64,000 nt of DNA from Patescibacteria group bacterium. Its GTDB lineage: Bacteria; Patescibacteriota; Patescibacteriia; JAHIZJ01. A program made the translations under genes and the position numbers. The DNA is taken from the NCBI GenBank assembly GCA_041650335.1, contig JBAZLK010000002.1, positions 124,070-188,069 of the forward strand, written 5' to 3'. The notes under the pieces were generated by a model. The model made no database searches, was not told where the DNA came from, and was given only the letters and a program-made list of their open reading frames with translations. Numbering within the stretch: position 1 is the stretch's first letter; the number at the start of each line of letters is the position of its first letter. Shown one piece after another: positions 9,508 through 18,946 of this stretch.

Positions 9508-11313
9508 TCATTTTTTCCGCAAGAGGGCAAGATAGGCCTCTGGCGGGATATCAACCCGCCCCGTCTCGCGCATGCGCTTTTTGCCCTTTTTTTGTTTTTC
9601 CAAGAGCTTCATCTTCCGGGTGACGTCGCCGCCATAGAGCTTGGCCGTGACATCTTTCCGCAACGGGGCTAGCCGGGCAGACGCGATAATCGTACTCGAA
9701 AGCGTAGCCTGTATTTTCACTTCAAAGAGCTGGCGCGGAAGCGTCTCTTTGAGATTCTCAACGATGCGGCGGCCGTTGGCATAGGCTTCGCTTCGCCGCA
9801 CGATCGTCGCCAGCGGCTCGACGACTTCACCCGCAACCACAATGTCCAAACGGACAAGGTCGGCTTTACGGTATTCCAACAACTCATAACTCATCGAGGC
9901 ATAGCCGCGCGTCGCGCTTTTTAGTTTATCATAAAAGTTGATGATGACGCCAGCTAAGGGGATTTCGCAATGGACGACTACGCGCTCCGGATCAAGATAC
10001 TCCATGGTTAAATAAATGCCGTGACTTTCTTCAATCAGCTTCATGAGTGAACCGATAAAGCCGGACGGCGAGACAATATCAACTTTGAGCCACGGCTCTT
10101 CCATCGTTTCGATCTCGGCCAGATTCGGCAGCTCTTGGGGACTCCGGATCGTGATCGACTCGGCTTGTCCGCGCGTGTAGACGTGATAGGCAACGCTCGG
10201 CGCCGTCACGACTAAGTCAATATTATACTCGCGCTGCAAACGTTCCTGAACTATCTCTAAATGAAGCAGACCCAGGAATCCCGCCCGAAAGCCGAAACCC
10301 AAAGCTGGAAAATTCTCAGGCTCATAGGTCAGGGCGGCGTCGTTGAGCTTTAACTTCTCGATCCCCTCGCGGAGCCGCGGGTATTCATTTCCAACCTTGG
10401 CATAGAGTCCGGCAAACACCATCGGCTTCACGGATCGGTAGCCTGGTAGCGCGGCTGGATATGGCGGCGCCTCTTTCACGACCGTATCGCCCACGCGGCA
10501 ATCAGCCACTTCTTTCAAACCCGTGACGATATACCCGATCATGCCGGCCGTCAGCTCATCGCGCTTATCAAGTTTCGGGCTGAAAACACCGACCTCCAAG
10601 GCCTCAGTGACGCGATCAGTCTGTAAAAAACGCACCTTATCGCCGGCCCGAATCGCCCCATCAACCACGCGCACATACGCGACGACGCCGCGGTATTCAT
10701 CATAGACCGAGTCGAAAATCAACGACCGGTACGGCTGTACTTGATCTCCCGAAGGCGGCGGGATAACCTGGACGACGCGTTCGAGAATCTGCTCAATGTT
10801 CTGGCCTGTTTTGGCCGACACCAGAATAACGTCTGCTGGGGCAACGCCGATGAGTTTGACGAGATCTTTTGTGACGCGCTCGGTGTCGGCGTTCGGCAAA
10901 TCAATTTTGTTGATAACTGGGATAATCGTCAGGTTCTCTTCAAGCGCGAGATAGAGATGCGAGAGGGTTTGCGCCTCGATCCCCTGGGTAGCATCAACCA
11001 GCAAAATCGCGCCTTCGACCGCGGCCAACGTCCGGGAGACTTCATACGAAAAATCCACGTGACCGGGCGTATCGATAAAATGCAGAAGATACTGCTGCCC
11101 GTCTTTGGCTTGATATCGCATCTGCACCGGTTGGAGCTTGATCGTTATCCCCCGTTCTCGCTCCAGATCCATTTGATCAAGCAGCTGCTCTTTCATTAGG
11201 CGCTTCGGTACCGTTTTTGTGGCTTCTAAAAAACGGTCGGCCAAGGTCGACTTCCCGTGATCAATATGTGCGATCACGCAAAAATTCCGGATGTGCGTTA
11301 TGGCTTCATTCAT
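9508..11313 (-). CDS. lepA: elongation factor 4 (LepA)
   Basis: Start set to MNEAITHIRNFCVIAHIDHGKSTLADR (ATG rc at 11311-11313). GTPase G1 AHIDHGKST, DTPGH; full-length LepA-like C-terminus. The track ORF is extended 37 codons upstream. Confidence 0.9.
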   Translation of the reverse strand: MNEAITHIRNFCVIAHIDHGKSTLADRFLEATKTVPKRLMKEQLLDQMDLERERGITIKLQPVQMRYQAKDGQQYLLHFIDTPGHVDFSYEVSRTLAAVEGAILLVDATQGIEAQTLSHLYLALEENLTIIPVINKIDLPNADTERVTKDLVKLIGVAPADVILVSAKTGQNIEQILERVVQVIPPPSGDQVQPYRSLIFDSVYDEYRGVVAYVRVVDGAIRAGDKVRFLQTDRVTEALEVGVFSPKLDKRDELTAGMIGYIVTGLKEVADCRVGDTVVKEAPPYPAALPGYRSVKPMVFAGLYAKVGNEYPRLREGIEKLKLNDAALTYEPENFPALGFGFRAGFLGLLHLEIVQERLQREYNIDLVVTAPSVAYHVYTRGQAESITIRSPQELPNLAEIETMEEPWLKVDIVSPSGFIGSLMKLIEESHGIYLTMEYLDPERVVVHCEIPLAGVIINFYDKLKSATRGYASMSYELLEYRKADLVRLDIVVAGEVVEPLATIVRRSEAYANGRRIVENLKETLPRQLFEVKIQATLSSTIIASARLAPLRKDVTAKLYGGDVTRKMKLLEKQKKGKKRMRETGRVDIPPEAYLALLRKK

Positions 11314-12928
11314 AATTGGTTGACTGTCCGTTACGCTGAAAAAGTCGCTTGGCTTTATCAAGCCATTGCCGCAAAGCGCTGATTTCTTCGCAGTGCAGCA
11401 CGTAGGCGATGATAATGTAGGCAATCACGCCGGCCACAAAGGCAATGCTCGTCTGCAGGGCGATACCCAGAAAGGTTTGCATGTTGACACCGGTGGCAAT
11501 AAAATATTTCATGAGCTGAACAATCGCGCCCATGGCGATCGTCGCCACGATAATTTTTAGGGTGGAACGCAGAATTCTTCGTTCATCGAGATCGCCGACA
11601 ACGACACGCAAGGCGATCAATAAGAGTAACGTGTTTACAACGCTCGAGATTGAAAACGCCAACGCCAATCCATAAATACCCCAGCGTTGGCTCAACCAAA
11701 TCCCGAGGCCGATATTCATCGCCATCGAAATCAAGCTGATGATCACCGGCGTCTTCGTGTTTTGAAAGGCATAAAACGAGCGGGTGAGCATCGGTGCCAG
11801 GCTTTGGGCGAAGAGGGATAACGAAAAAAATCCGAGCGTCTGGGCGGTCAGGATGGTATCGTTCCAGTCAAACGCGCCCGCACCCAAGATGATCCGGACA
11901 AATTGAGCGCGAAGCAACAGAATGCCCACCGAAACCGGAATGATGAGAAAAAGGATTCTTCGAAAAGTCTCCGAGAAATGGCGGACAAAGCCGTCGCGAT
12001 CATTTTCCGCCCAAGCCTTACTGAAAACCGGAAATGACGAAATAGCCAGTGAAATCCCAAATACGCCAATGGGGAAACTCTGAAGATTGTTGGCCAGATT
12101 GAAAACCGCTACGCTGCCTGTGCCCAGGTTTGAGGCCAGAACATTGATCACCACCTGGTTGATCTGAACAACGCCGAGGCTTAGCGCCCGCGGTATCATC
12201 AACCGGCCGATTTTTCTCACGCCGGCATGAGCGGTATCAAAAATCCATTTATAGACAAAACCGACGCGGCGCGCCGCCGGCCACTGAACAACCAAGTGAG
12301 CAAACGAACCGATCACAACGCCATAGGCGAGACCTTTCACGCCCCAGTGCGGCGCGAGCACCAATATGCCGAAAATGATTCCGAAATTATACATGATCGG
12401 CGCGAGCGAATACACAAAAAACCGCCGAAACGAATTTAAAATTCCGCTTAAAACATTGCTCACCCCGAAGAAAACGATACTTACCAGCATGATCCGCGTC
12501 AGTAGGGCAGTCGCCGCCTTTTTTTCCGGTGAAAAACCAGGCGCGATAATACCCATTAATTGCGGCGTAAACAGCCACATCAAACCGCCGAGAATAATGA
12601 GCGTGATGGCGATCAGATTCAGAATCGAGTTTGTCATCGGCCAGGCTTGCCGTTCCACCTCCGGTTTTGACTGATCACGATGCCAGTACTCAAGGAAAAC
12701 GGGAATGAACGAAGCGGAAAGCGCGCCGAGGACGAAAATGTTAAAGATAAAGTCAGGCAGCCGAAAAGCGGCATAATACACATCGAGCACCTCGCCGGCG
12801 CCAAACGTTGACGCCAAAAGCCGGTCTCGGATGAGCCCCACCAGCCGACTCAAAACCGAGGCGAACCCAACAATGATGGCGCCGCCGAGGATTGTCGTTT
12901 CCAGACGGTAGAGTATCTTTTTTAGCAT
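11306..12928 (-). CDS. murJ: lipid II flippase MurJ (MviN)
   Basis: 540 aa, about 14 TM. N-terminal SRLVGLIRDRLLASTFGAGEVLDVYYAAFRLPDFIFNIF is the MurJ signature. Overlaps the lepA start by 8 nt. Confidence 0.85.
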   Translation of the reverse strand: MLKKILYRLETTILGGAIIVGFASVLSRLVGLIRDRLLASTFGAGEVLDVYYAAFRLPDFIFNIFVLGALSASFIPVFLEYWHRDQSKPEVERQAWPMTNSILNLIAITLIILGGLMWLFTPQLMGIIAPGFSPEKKAATALLTRIMLVSIVFFGVSNVLSGILNSFRRFFVYSLAPIMYNFGIIFGILVLAPHWGVKGLAYGVVIGSFAHLVVQWPAARRVGFVYKWIFDTAHAGVRKIGRLMIPRALSLGVVQINQVVINVLASNLGTGSVAVFNLANNLQSFPIGVFGISLAISSFPVFSKAWAENDRDGFVRHFSETFRRILFLIIPVSVGILLLRAQFVRIILGAGAFDWNDTILTAQTLGFFSLSLFAQSLAPMLTRSFYAFQNTKTPVIISLISMAMNIGLGIWLSQRWGIYGLALAFSISSVVNTLLLLIALRVVVGDLDERRILRSTLKIIVATIAMGAIVQLMKYFIATGVNMQTFLGIALQTSIAFVAGVIAYIIIAYVLHCEEISALRQWLDKAKRLFQRNGQSTNYE

Positions 12929-12960
12929 AATATCCTTCCTATAGTACCATCAATATCGAC

Positions 12961-12993
12961 AAAAAACAATGGAAAAACCCGCTTCGCGCGGGT
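12961..12993 (-). terminator. rho-independent terminator upstream of murJ
   Basis: Minus sense: ACCCGCGCGAAGCGGGT followed by TTTTTCCATTGTTTTTT. Confidence 0.6.
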
Positions 12994-13198
12994 TGGTCGC
13001 AGACTCGCTCCTGCCGAGTTGAGAGAAGGAGGCGAATAACGAACGGCAAGACGAAAAATCCGAAATTTTGTGTTGCGACGCGCGCAACGAGGATTCTGTT
13101 TGCTGATGTTCGATGACTTCCCTCCCTCACTACCGGCAGGAGTAAATGTGCCACCGGAAGTGTGGATAAGCCATTGTTCGTAGTATATTATACAAAAT

Positions 13199-13266
13199 CA
13201 CACGTTGATTGTGAACGTGTGTCGACATGGTTAAGGGGGCGGATTTGTCCGTCCCCTTTCTTCGGC
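13199..13266 (+). ncRNA. candidate small RNA convergent with the small ORF (possible antitoxin-like sRNA)
   Basis: A weak plus-strand promoter candidate (TGGATA 13163-13168, 18 nt, TATTAT 13187-13192). It is followed by hairpin CACACGTTgattgtgAACGTGTG, then terminator hairpin GGGGGCGGAtttgTCCGTCCCC plus TTTCTTCGG. Purely structural prediction. Confidence 0.25.
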
Positions 13267-13385
13267 TACCGCTGACCAAAGAGATAGCCGAGATACTCCG
13301 GCTGAGTGAGCCAGGTATAGACGATGACCGCGATCTCCAGGAACAGTACGCCGAACATCTGTTTTTCCCAGAATGAGATTTTCAT
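13266..13385 (-). CDS. small hydrophobic peptide (39 aa), not in the ORF track
   Basis: MKISFWEKQMFGVLFLEIAVIVYTWLTQPEYLGYLFGQR with a single TM. Strong SD: GGAAGGAGGAGAGCGGCC then ATG. It has its own promoter and a roughly 250-nt structured leader. The 96-aa track ORF 13231..13521 is in another frame and lacks an SD. Confidence 0.35.
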   Translation of the reverse strand: MKISFWEKQMFGVLFLEIAVIVYTWLTQPEYLGYLFGQR

Positions 13386-13650
13386 GGCCGCTCTCCTCCT
13401 TCCATGGATACCGGCCGGCTGATCGAGAACAACCTGAAGACTTGGAATAATATAAAGAGCAATTTGAAAGCCAAGTCTTCAGATTGTCATTGACCAGAAT
13501 AGTAATGTGCAGTGGTATCACCGCTGGAAAATGGGTGTGTACGCGGCTTCCCTTCCTCGTCTTCCTGTGAAGTGAAGAGAGAACTCAAGCGAGAAACCAT
13601 CACACCCATTTTTCAACGGTCAAGAGGAGAAACAGACGGAATTTTTTTAC

Positions 13651-13690
13651 GACCATCAATAATATACCAAGCTGGCGATTTTGTCAAGGG
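13651..13690 (-). promoter_or_regulatory. sigma70-like promoter driving the leader plus small ORF
   Basis: Minus sense CCCCTTGACA-17 nt-TATTAT (rc of 13682-13687 and 13659-13664). Confidence 0.45.
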
Positions 13691-13726
13691 GAGCTTGGCA
13701 AACGCAGCCGGCGCAATCAGCCAGTC

Positions 13727-16054
13727 TTATTTTTTTATTTGGAATATCGTACCAAGATAATAATCGCGGTCCAATATCTTTTCAAACGTCAACCTATTCG
13801 AATCATTCCGTAATTGTTGTTCGTCTGGCCATTGCCAGACAACCTGATAACCGTCGGGGTAGGTAATCTGGGACCGAAGCAAGGCGTCGAAACTCCCGGC
13901 CTGCCGCTGGATGAAGAGGCTGTACGGAAACGAATAATTTACCAAGTTTTCTGGCTTAATCAGGAACGGTAACCGATAGACGAACCGGACGGTCGCGCTC
14001 TGGCCCGGCTCGACCTGAACCCAATTTCCAAACACCGTCTTCCCAAACTCCTGGTTGATCCGGGTATTCGAGCGTTCGTCAATAATGACCTGACCCTCAA
14101 TCTGAGTCAAATCAGTGTCCGGCTGATACCCGGCCTCCGGCCATTTCATAAGCTTCGGGTCGGGTGCGACAAAGCCGGTCGCCTCGATTAATTCTGACCC
14201 AGCCGGCACATATAGCCGCATAAAGTCGATATTTTTTACACCAGTCCATTGATCGCCAGCCTTCCCGTTATGAACGCGGGTAATTTCAACCGTCGCCGTC
14301 GCCTGGCCGTCAGTACCGATCGCGAGTTGGTGAGAAATAGTTTGGTCGATCACCGCGTCTGTTTTGCCACCACTGATGTTCGTGTTCACGAGCATCAGAT
14401 AATCACCGCTGACCCGTTTGATTTCACCCGCCCAGCCGAGATTAACTACGTTTGTCTGAAGCGTTTCATCGCGGACATAAAAGAGGATATCGCGGCGCTC
14501 AAGCGCATCGCTGATGGCTGAAATGTTGGTAAAAAATTCCTTTTGGCCACCCTCAAATATCCGCTGGAGCAAGATTGGCAGTAAATCGGCGATAAACTGC
14601 TTTGGTTTGTTCTCCTCTTTATCGTATTCTTGTTCGACTTGATTGAGCGTTTCGTCAATAAAATTCTCACTTGTTATTGTAACCCCATACGTGTCTTGAA
14701 GGTCAATTGAGCCGCTGATTTTCAAGAGATTGATCACGACTTCGGGCGTTAAGCTGATGACCCCGTCGACGGTTGGTCCGCCACTTTTTTCATAGAACCA
14801 CATGATCTTCTTGGCTGACGTCGGGAAATCCGGAAACCAATTGGCGTCCTGGAGAAACCAGTGCGGGTTGACGAGATGCAAGGGCGTCGGCGAAACGACC
14901 TGTTCCGTTAGCTGACCCTGAAAATCATAGGGGCCGCCGCCGGGAACCTCGATTTTTTTTATGGCGCCATGATCAATATCGACCAGAGCGAGGCTGCCGA
15001 TGAATCCGCCAGTAGCACGCATTTCGCGGTTGTTCTGAAAAATCATCAGATACCGTTTTGAACCGTCGCCTCCTAATAGTTTTCGAAAGGTTTCGCCGAA
15101 CAATAAGAATTGGTCGAATTGCTGCTGCAATTGCGGCAAGCCTTCTTTCACGCGCTCCATTGCGGTTCGATATTGCGCCGGCAATGAATCGGCGTCGACC
15201 TGATTCAGATGCGTCGAGGCCAGCGCCAGGCGATCCCGGGCTGGTCCCAGGTATTCTTGGCTGGTCGCCAATAAATCGGTGATGTTATTTTGTATTAAAA
15301 AGTCTTTATTTTGGGCAATCTCCGGGTTGTAGGCCTGAATGGCTTGCGTGATATCCTGCCCGGCTAGCGCAATCGCCTGACCGGCCGCCAGGAGGTGTTC
15401 GCCGGACGATAACTGCTTGCCCTTCAGCGGGACAAAGCGCAGCAGGTCGATCACCGTGGCGCCGATTCGGTCCAGCTCGCGCTGAGCGGTCAGAAACGTG
15501 TCTGAGGCCTCGGCAAAACGGGCTCGAGCGGCATTATAATCGCTTTGCGTCGTGGCTTCGCCGGCCAGAACAAGCTGGTCAAAGGCGCGAATAGAGATGG
15601 CGAGAACTTGGCCGCGGACGTCGAGCAGGCGCTGATACCACCATAAGCCGAAGACGAGCAGTATTAAACCGAGCGAGACGGCCATGAATGCCGAGAGCGA
15701 TTTTAAGTGGCGACGCTCGATGCGTATTCTGGGCGGGGTGAACTTGACGGCGCGTTTCGGAGCGGCGGTTGCAGGTTGCGTGAATGTTGTCGGCGGAGCC
15801 AGCTCAACCGATTCAACTTTTTGAGACGGCGCCGGGGCGGCGGTTTTCGACGGCTTGCTGGAGGTCAGCGACTTCAGTTTTCCGAAGACGGTCCCCTTTT
15901 TTCGCTGTTCCAACTCCTGACGTAACCGTTCAACTTCTTTTTGCAACATCAACTCCCGGAGATTGATGACATTCGACTCCGGGATCGAGCCGCCTTCCTG
16001 GAGATGTGAAAGCGGTATTCGCTTGGCGCTGCCTTTTTTCTTCCTTCGTTCCAT
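13727..16054 (-). CDS. DUF4012 domain-containing membrane protein
   Basis: 775 aa, N-terminal TM. Central motif MIFQNNREMRATGGFIGS is the DUF4012 hallmark. Sits directly upstream of the glycosyltransferase cluster. Confidence 0.65.
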   Translation of the reverse strand: MERRKKKGSAKRIPLSHLQEGGSIPESNVINLRELMLQKEVERLRQELEQRKKGTVFGKLKSLTSSKPSKTAAPAPSQKVESVELAPPTTFTQPATAAPKRAVKFTPPRIRIERRHLKSLSAFMAVSLGLILLVFGLWWYQRLLDVRGQVLAISIRAFDQLVLAGEATTQSDYNAARARFAEASDTFLTAQRELDRIGATVIDLLRFVPLKGKQLSSGEHLLAAGQAIALAGQDITQAIQAYNPEIAQNKDFLIQNNITDLLATSQEYLGPARDRLALASTHLNQVDADSLPAQYRTAMERVKEGLPQLQQQFDQFLLFGETFRKLLGGDGSKRYLMIFQNNREMRATGGFIGSLALVDIDHGAIKKIEVPGGGPYDFQGQLTEQVVSPTPLHLVNPHWFLQDANWFPDFPTSAKKIMWFYEKSGGPTVDGVISLTPEVVINLLKISGSIDLQDTYGVTITSENFIDETLNQVEQEYDKEENKPKQFIADLLPILLQRIFEGGQKEFFTNISAISDALERRDILFYVRDETLQTNVVNLGWAGEIKRVSGDYLMLVNTNISGGKTDAVIDQTISHQLAIGTDGQATATVEITRVHNGKAGDQWTGVKNIDFMRLYVPAGSELIEATGFVAPDPKLMKWPEAGYQPDTDLTQIEGQVIIDERSNTRINQEFGKTVFGNWVQVEPGQSATVRFVYRLPFLIKPENLVNYSFPYSLFIQRQAGSFDALLRSQITYPDGYQVVWQWPDEQQLRNDSNRLTFEKILDRDYYLGTIFQIKK

Positions 16055-16062
16055 GCGCGTTG

Positions 16063-17181
16063 TTATGACTCGCGATAATATGCCAGGGTCTGTTCGGCCA
16101 TGCTTTTCCAGCTATATCGCTTCACCTGCTCGAAACCGCGCTGTCGTAAAACCGCGCGTTTTTCTTCATGTTGAATAAGGTCTAAAAGTACTTGTACTAT
16201 AGCATGTTTGTTCTTTGGATCAAAGTAGGCGGCGCTTTGGCCAAGAATTTCAGGCAAACAGGAGTACGCTGAACAGGCGACGGGCGCGCCATATTGCATT
16301 GCCTCCAACGGCGGGAGACCAAAACCTTCTGAAAGTGAGGGAAAAACATAGAGCAACGCCTGGCGATACAGGGCCGGCAAATCCGCGTCGGCGACATAAC
16401 CCGGGAAGATAACAACGTCATCGAGTTTCAACGCTTGGCGTAAAGCGATCAGGCGGTTGTAGAAATAATCCATTTTTCCGACCAAGACCAGCTTTACTTC
16501 CGGACGCTGCCGATGCAGTTCAACAAACGCTTCAAGTAACAGTTCAAGATTTTTATGCGGATAGGCGTTGCCAACATATAACAGATACGGTGATTGAACC
16601 TTCAAGCGACGCAGGATCTGCTCGGGCGCATCCGGGCTCTCCGGGAACGCATCGGCCGCTTCATACGTGACAGCAATTGATTCTTTGGCTAGATGGAAAT
16701 AGTCATGCAATTCATTTTTTACGTATTCAGAAACCGTGATAATCTTCTTGGCGCGCCGCACGGCCGAACGGATCGCGACGGTATAGCCAAGCCTCTTAAA
16801 ATAATACATCACCGGCCCGAGGCGCGTCGCCCGAACCGTCGGAAAATGGGTGATGATTAAATCGTGAATTGTGACAATAAATGGTCGTCGATACAGTATC
16901 GGCACGTTAAAATGAGGAAAATGCATGAGATCAAGGTGATACTTGGCCAAAAGCCGCGGAAAACCGATCTGTTCTTGCCAGGAATACCAGCGATAAGGCG
17001 CCAATACCTTGGCAAAACGCGGATTTTTTGGGTGATAGGTATCGATATTTTCCGGTCGCAAAAATATCGTGTAGCGATTCTCGCGGTCAGTCGCTTCAAG
17101 ATTGGTGATGAGTTTTTCGGTGTATCGCCCAAGCCCCTTGCCGCCTGGGCCGAGGAAGCGAGCGTCAATTCCGATGTGCAT
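16063..17181 (-). CDS. GT4-family glycosyltransferase
   Basis: C-terminal EGFGLPPLEAMQYGAPV (GT4 E-x7-E region), 372 aa. Confidence 0.8.
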   Translation of the reverse strand: MHIGIDARFLGPGGKGLGRYTEKLITNLEATDRENRYTIFLRPENIDTYHPKNPRFAKVLAPYRWYSWQEQIGFPRLLAKYHLDLMHFPHFNVPILYRRPFIVTIHDLIITHFPTVRATRLGPVMYYFKRLGYTVAIRSAVRRAKKIITVSEYVKNELHDYFHLAKESIAVTYEAADAFPESPDAPEQILRRLKVQSPYLLYVGNAYPHKNLELLLEAFVELHRQRPEVKLVLVGKMDYFYNRLIALRQALKLDDVVIFPGYVADADLPALYRQALLYVFPSLSEGFGLPPLEAMQYGAPVACSAYSCLPEILGQSAAYFDPKNKHAIVQVLLDLIQHEEKRAVLRQRGFEQVKRYSWKSMAEQTLAYYRES

Positions 17182-18313
17182 TGTTTACGAGATTGGTAAA
17201 TAAATCGAGTGTTTTTTTGGCAGTCTGTTGCCAGGTATAGTTTTTTAAAACCTCCTGTCGGTGACTGAGCAACAGCTGGCGTAACTTGTCATTTCCGGCG
17301 CTGGCCAGGAGCGCTTCCGTCAATTCTCTGACATTGTAGGGCTGTACTAAAATCGCACTATCGCGCAAAACCTCTGGCAGTGCCGGAGCGGCAGCAGCAA
17401 TAACTGGCGTACCAACCGCTACGCTTTCCAGGGGCGGGAAACCAAAGCCCTCATAGACCGAGGGGTAAATAAAGAGATCGGCTGCCCTCAAGAGACAACG
17501 TTTTTCTCGATCTGACAGATAGCCGAGGAGCCGGATGTCGCGCCCATGTTTGAGTTGTGCAATCATCTTCTGAAGCTGACTGTATTGCCAACCAGCCGCG
17601 CCAACGATAAACAGCGTATGCGGTAATGTGGAGCGTTCTTTAAACTGGTCAAAGGCTTGAAGCAGCGTAACCAGGTTTTTTCTCGGCTCTAGGAAGCCGA
17701 TCGATAGAAAATACGGCTGGGTGAGCTGATGAGCGGCGAGAACCGCCTTTATTTCGGCCGCCGCGCTCTCATGAAAACATTCTTCATCAATACCTGAATA
17801 GATCACCTCAATCCGCTCCGCCGGAATTTCGTACACATCGATCAGGTCTTTTTTTGTTTGCTCGGAGACGGCAATAATCTTGTCGGCCCGTCGGGCGAGT
17901 CGCCGCGGCGATACGCCCGCGTGCCAGAGTCGCCGTTTGATATTTAAGAAGCGCGGGTAAATCTCAAACGATAAATCATGAACCGTCAGAACAAACGGAC
18001 AGTTTTTGGAAAGACTTACAAAATTTATATTTGGCACGAAAAATAGATCAACCGGTCCAATGACGCGATCGAGCTGCGGCCGCCGAAGCAACGCCAAACT
18101 AGAATTATAGAGTTTATTCGGCCACCGCGTTTGCCGTAGTTGCGTGTTCGTTTGCGGAAAAGCGGCGCGTGGACGAGCCCACGAGTTCGAATACAGAATA
18201 TATTCGTTCTGCTGATCCAAGCGCAATAAATGCTCGAGCAACTGGCGAGTATAGCGTGGCACGCCCCCCGGCCGCGCTTCTGAAAGGCATCGGATGTCTA
18301 CACCGATACGCAT
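17165..18313 (-). CDS. GT4-family glycosyltransferase
   Basis: EGFGFPPLESVAVGTPVIAAAAPALPEV, 382 aa. Overlaps its neighbour by 17 nt. Confidence 0.8.
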   Translation of the reverse strand: MRIGVDIRCLSEARPGGVPRYTRQLLEHLLRLDQQNEYILYSNSWARPRAAFPQTNTQLRQTRWPNKLYNSSLALLRRPQLDRVIGPVDLFFVPNINFVSLSKNCPFVLTVHDLSFEIYPRFLNIKRRLWHAGVSPRRLARRADKIIAVSEQTKKDLIDVYEIPAERIEVIYSGIDEECFHESAAAEIKAVLAAHQLTQPYFLSIGFLEPRKNLVTLLQAFDQFKERSTLPHTLFIVGAAGWQYSQLQKMIAQLKHGRDIRLLGYLSDREKRCLLRAADLFIYPSVYEGFGFPPLESVAVGTPVIAAAAPALPEVLRDSAILVQPYNVRELTEALLASAGNDKLRQLLLSHRQEVLKNYTWQQTAKKTLDLFTNLVNNAHRN

Positions 18314-18316
18314 GCG

Positions 18317-18928
18317 TTAGCCGGTCTTAAAATACCGGACAAGGTAGATCACGCCGAGGCTGAGACAAAAACCAAGAACGAGCCCAACAATCGTATTAAT
18401 AATGAGCGGGGGCTTCTGGGCCACAATGACCGGCGTCGAACCGACGACCTCAAATAAGGCCTTTCGATCGGCTGTTTGGTTTAGCGAGGCGCCGCGCTCT
18501 TTTACCGTGTCGATGATTGACTGCGATATTTTTTGGGCAGTCTGTTCATCCCGTTCGGAAAACGTTACGACGATGTTCTGGGCCGAATACTTTCTGGTTT
18601 TGAAACGGCTTGAAAACGTCTCGAGTGACGTGATCGAGGGATCAATCCCGGCGCGATCGTAGATCTCGAGCAGTACCGACGGTGTATAAAACCAGCTGAC
18701 CACCGTCTGCGAGAAAAGATCGCTCGCCTGAATCGCGTAATACCCGTCATACTGGTATTCCGCCGTGTCCTGTTTATTAATCCGGTTGACCGCGAACGAG
18801 ATTGAGGCTTTATGCGTAGTCGGCGACAGATACGTGAAAACGAATGCGGCCGCGGTGACCAAAACCGTAAGAACGATGATCAGGAGGCGATTGCGTTTAA
18901 TAAACTCTTTGTGCTCAGAAAATTTCAT
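18317..18928 (-). CDS. Wzz/YveK-like polysaccharide chain-length determinant protein (short form)
   Basis: 203 aa with an N-terminal TM, periplasmic domain, and C-terminal TM. The position inside the GT/WbaP cluster supports the call. Confidence 0.45.
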   Translation of the reverse strand: MKFSEHKEFIKRNRLLIIVLTVLVTAAAFVFTYLSPTTHKASISFAVNRINKQDTAEYQYDGYYAIQASDLFSQTVVSWFYTPSVLLEIYDRAGIDPSITSLETFSSRFKTRKYSAQNIVVTFSERDEQTAQKISQSIIDTVKERGASLNQTADRKALFEVVGSTPVIVAQKPPLIINTIVGLVLGFCLSLGVIYLVRYFKTG

Positions 18929-18946
18929 AGGCGATATATTGAACGA

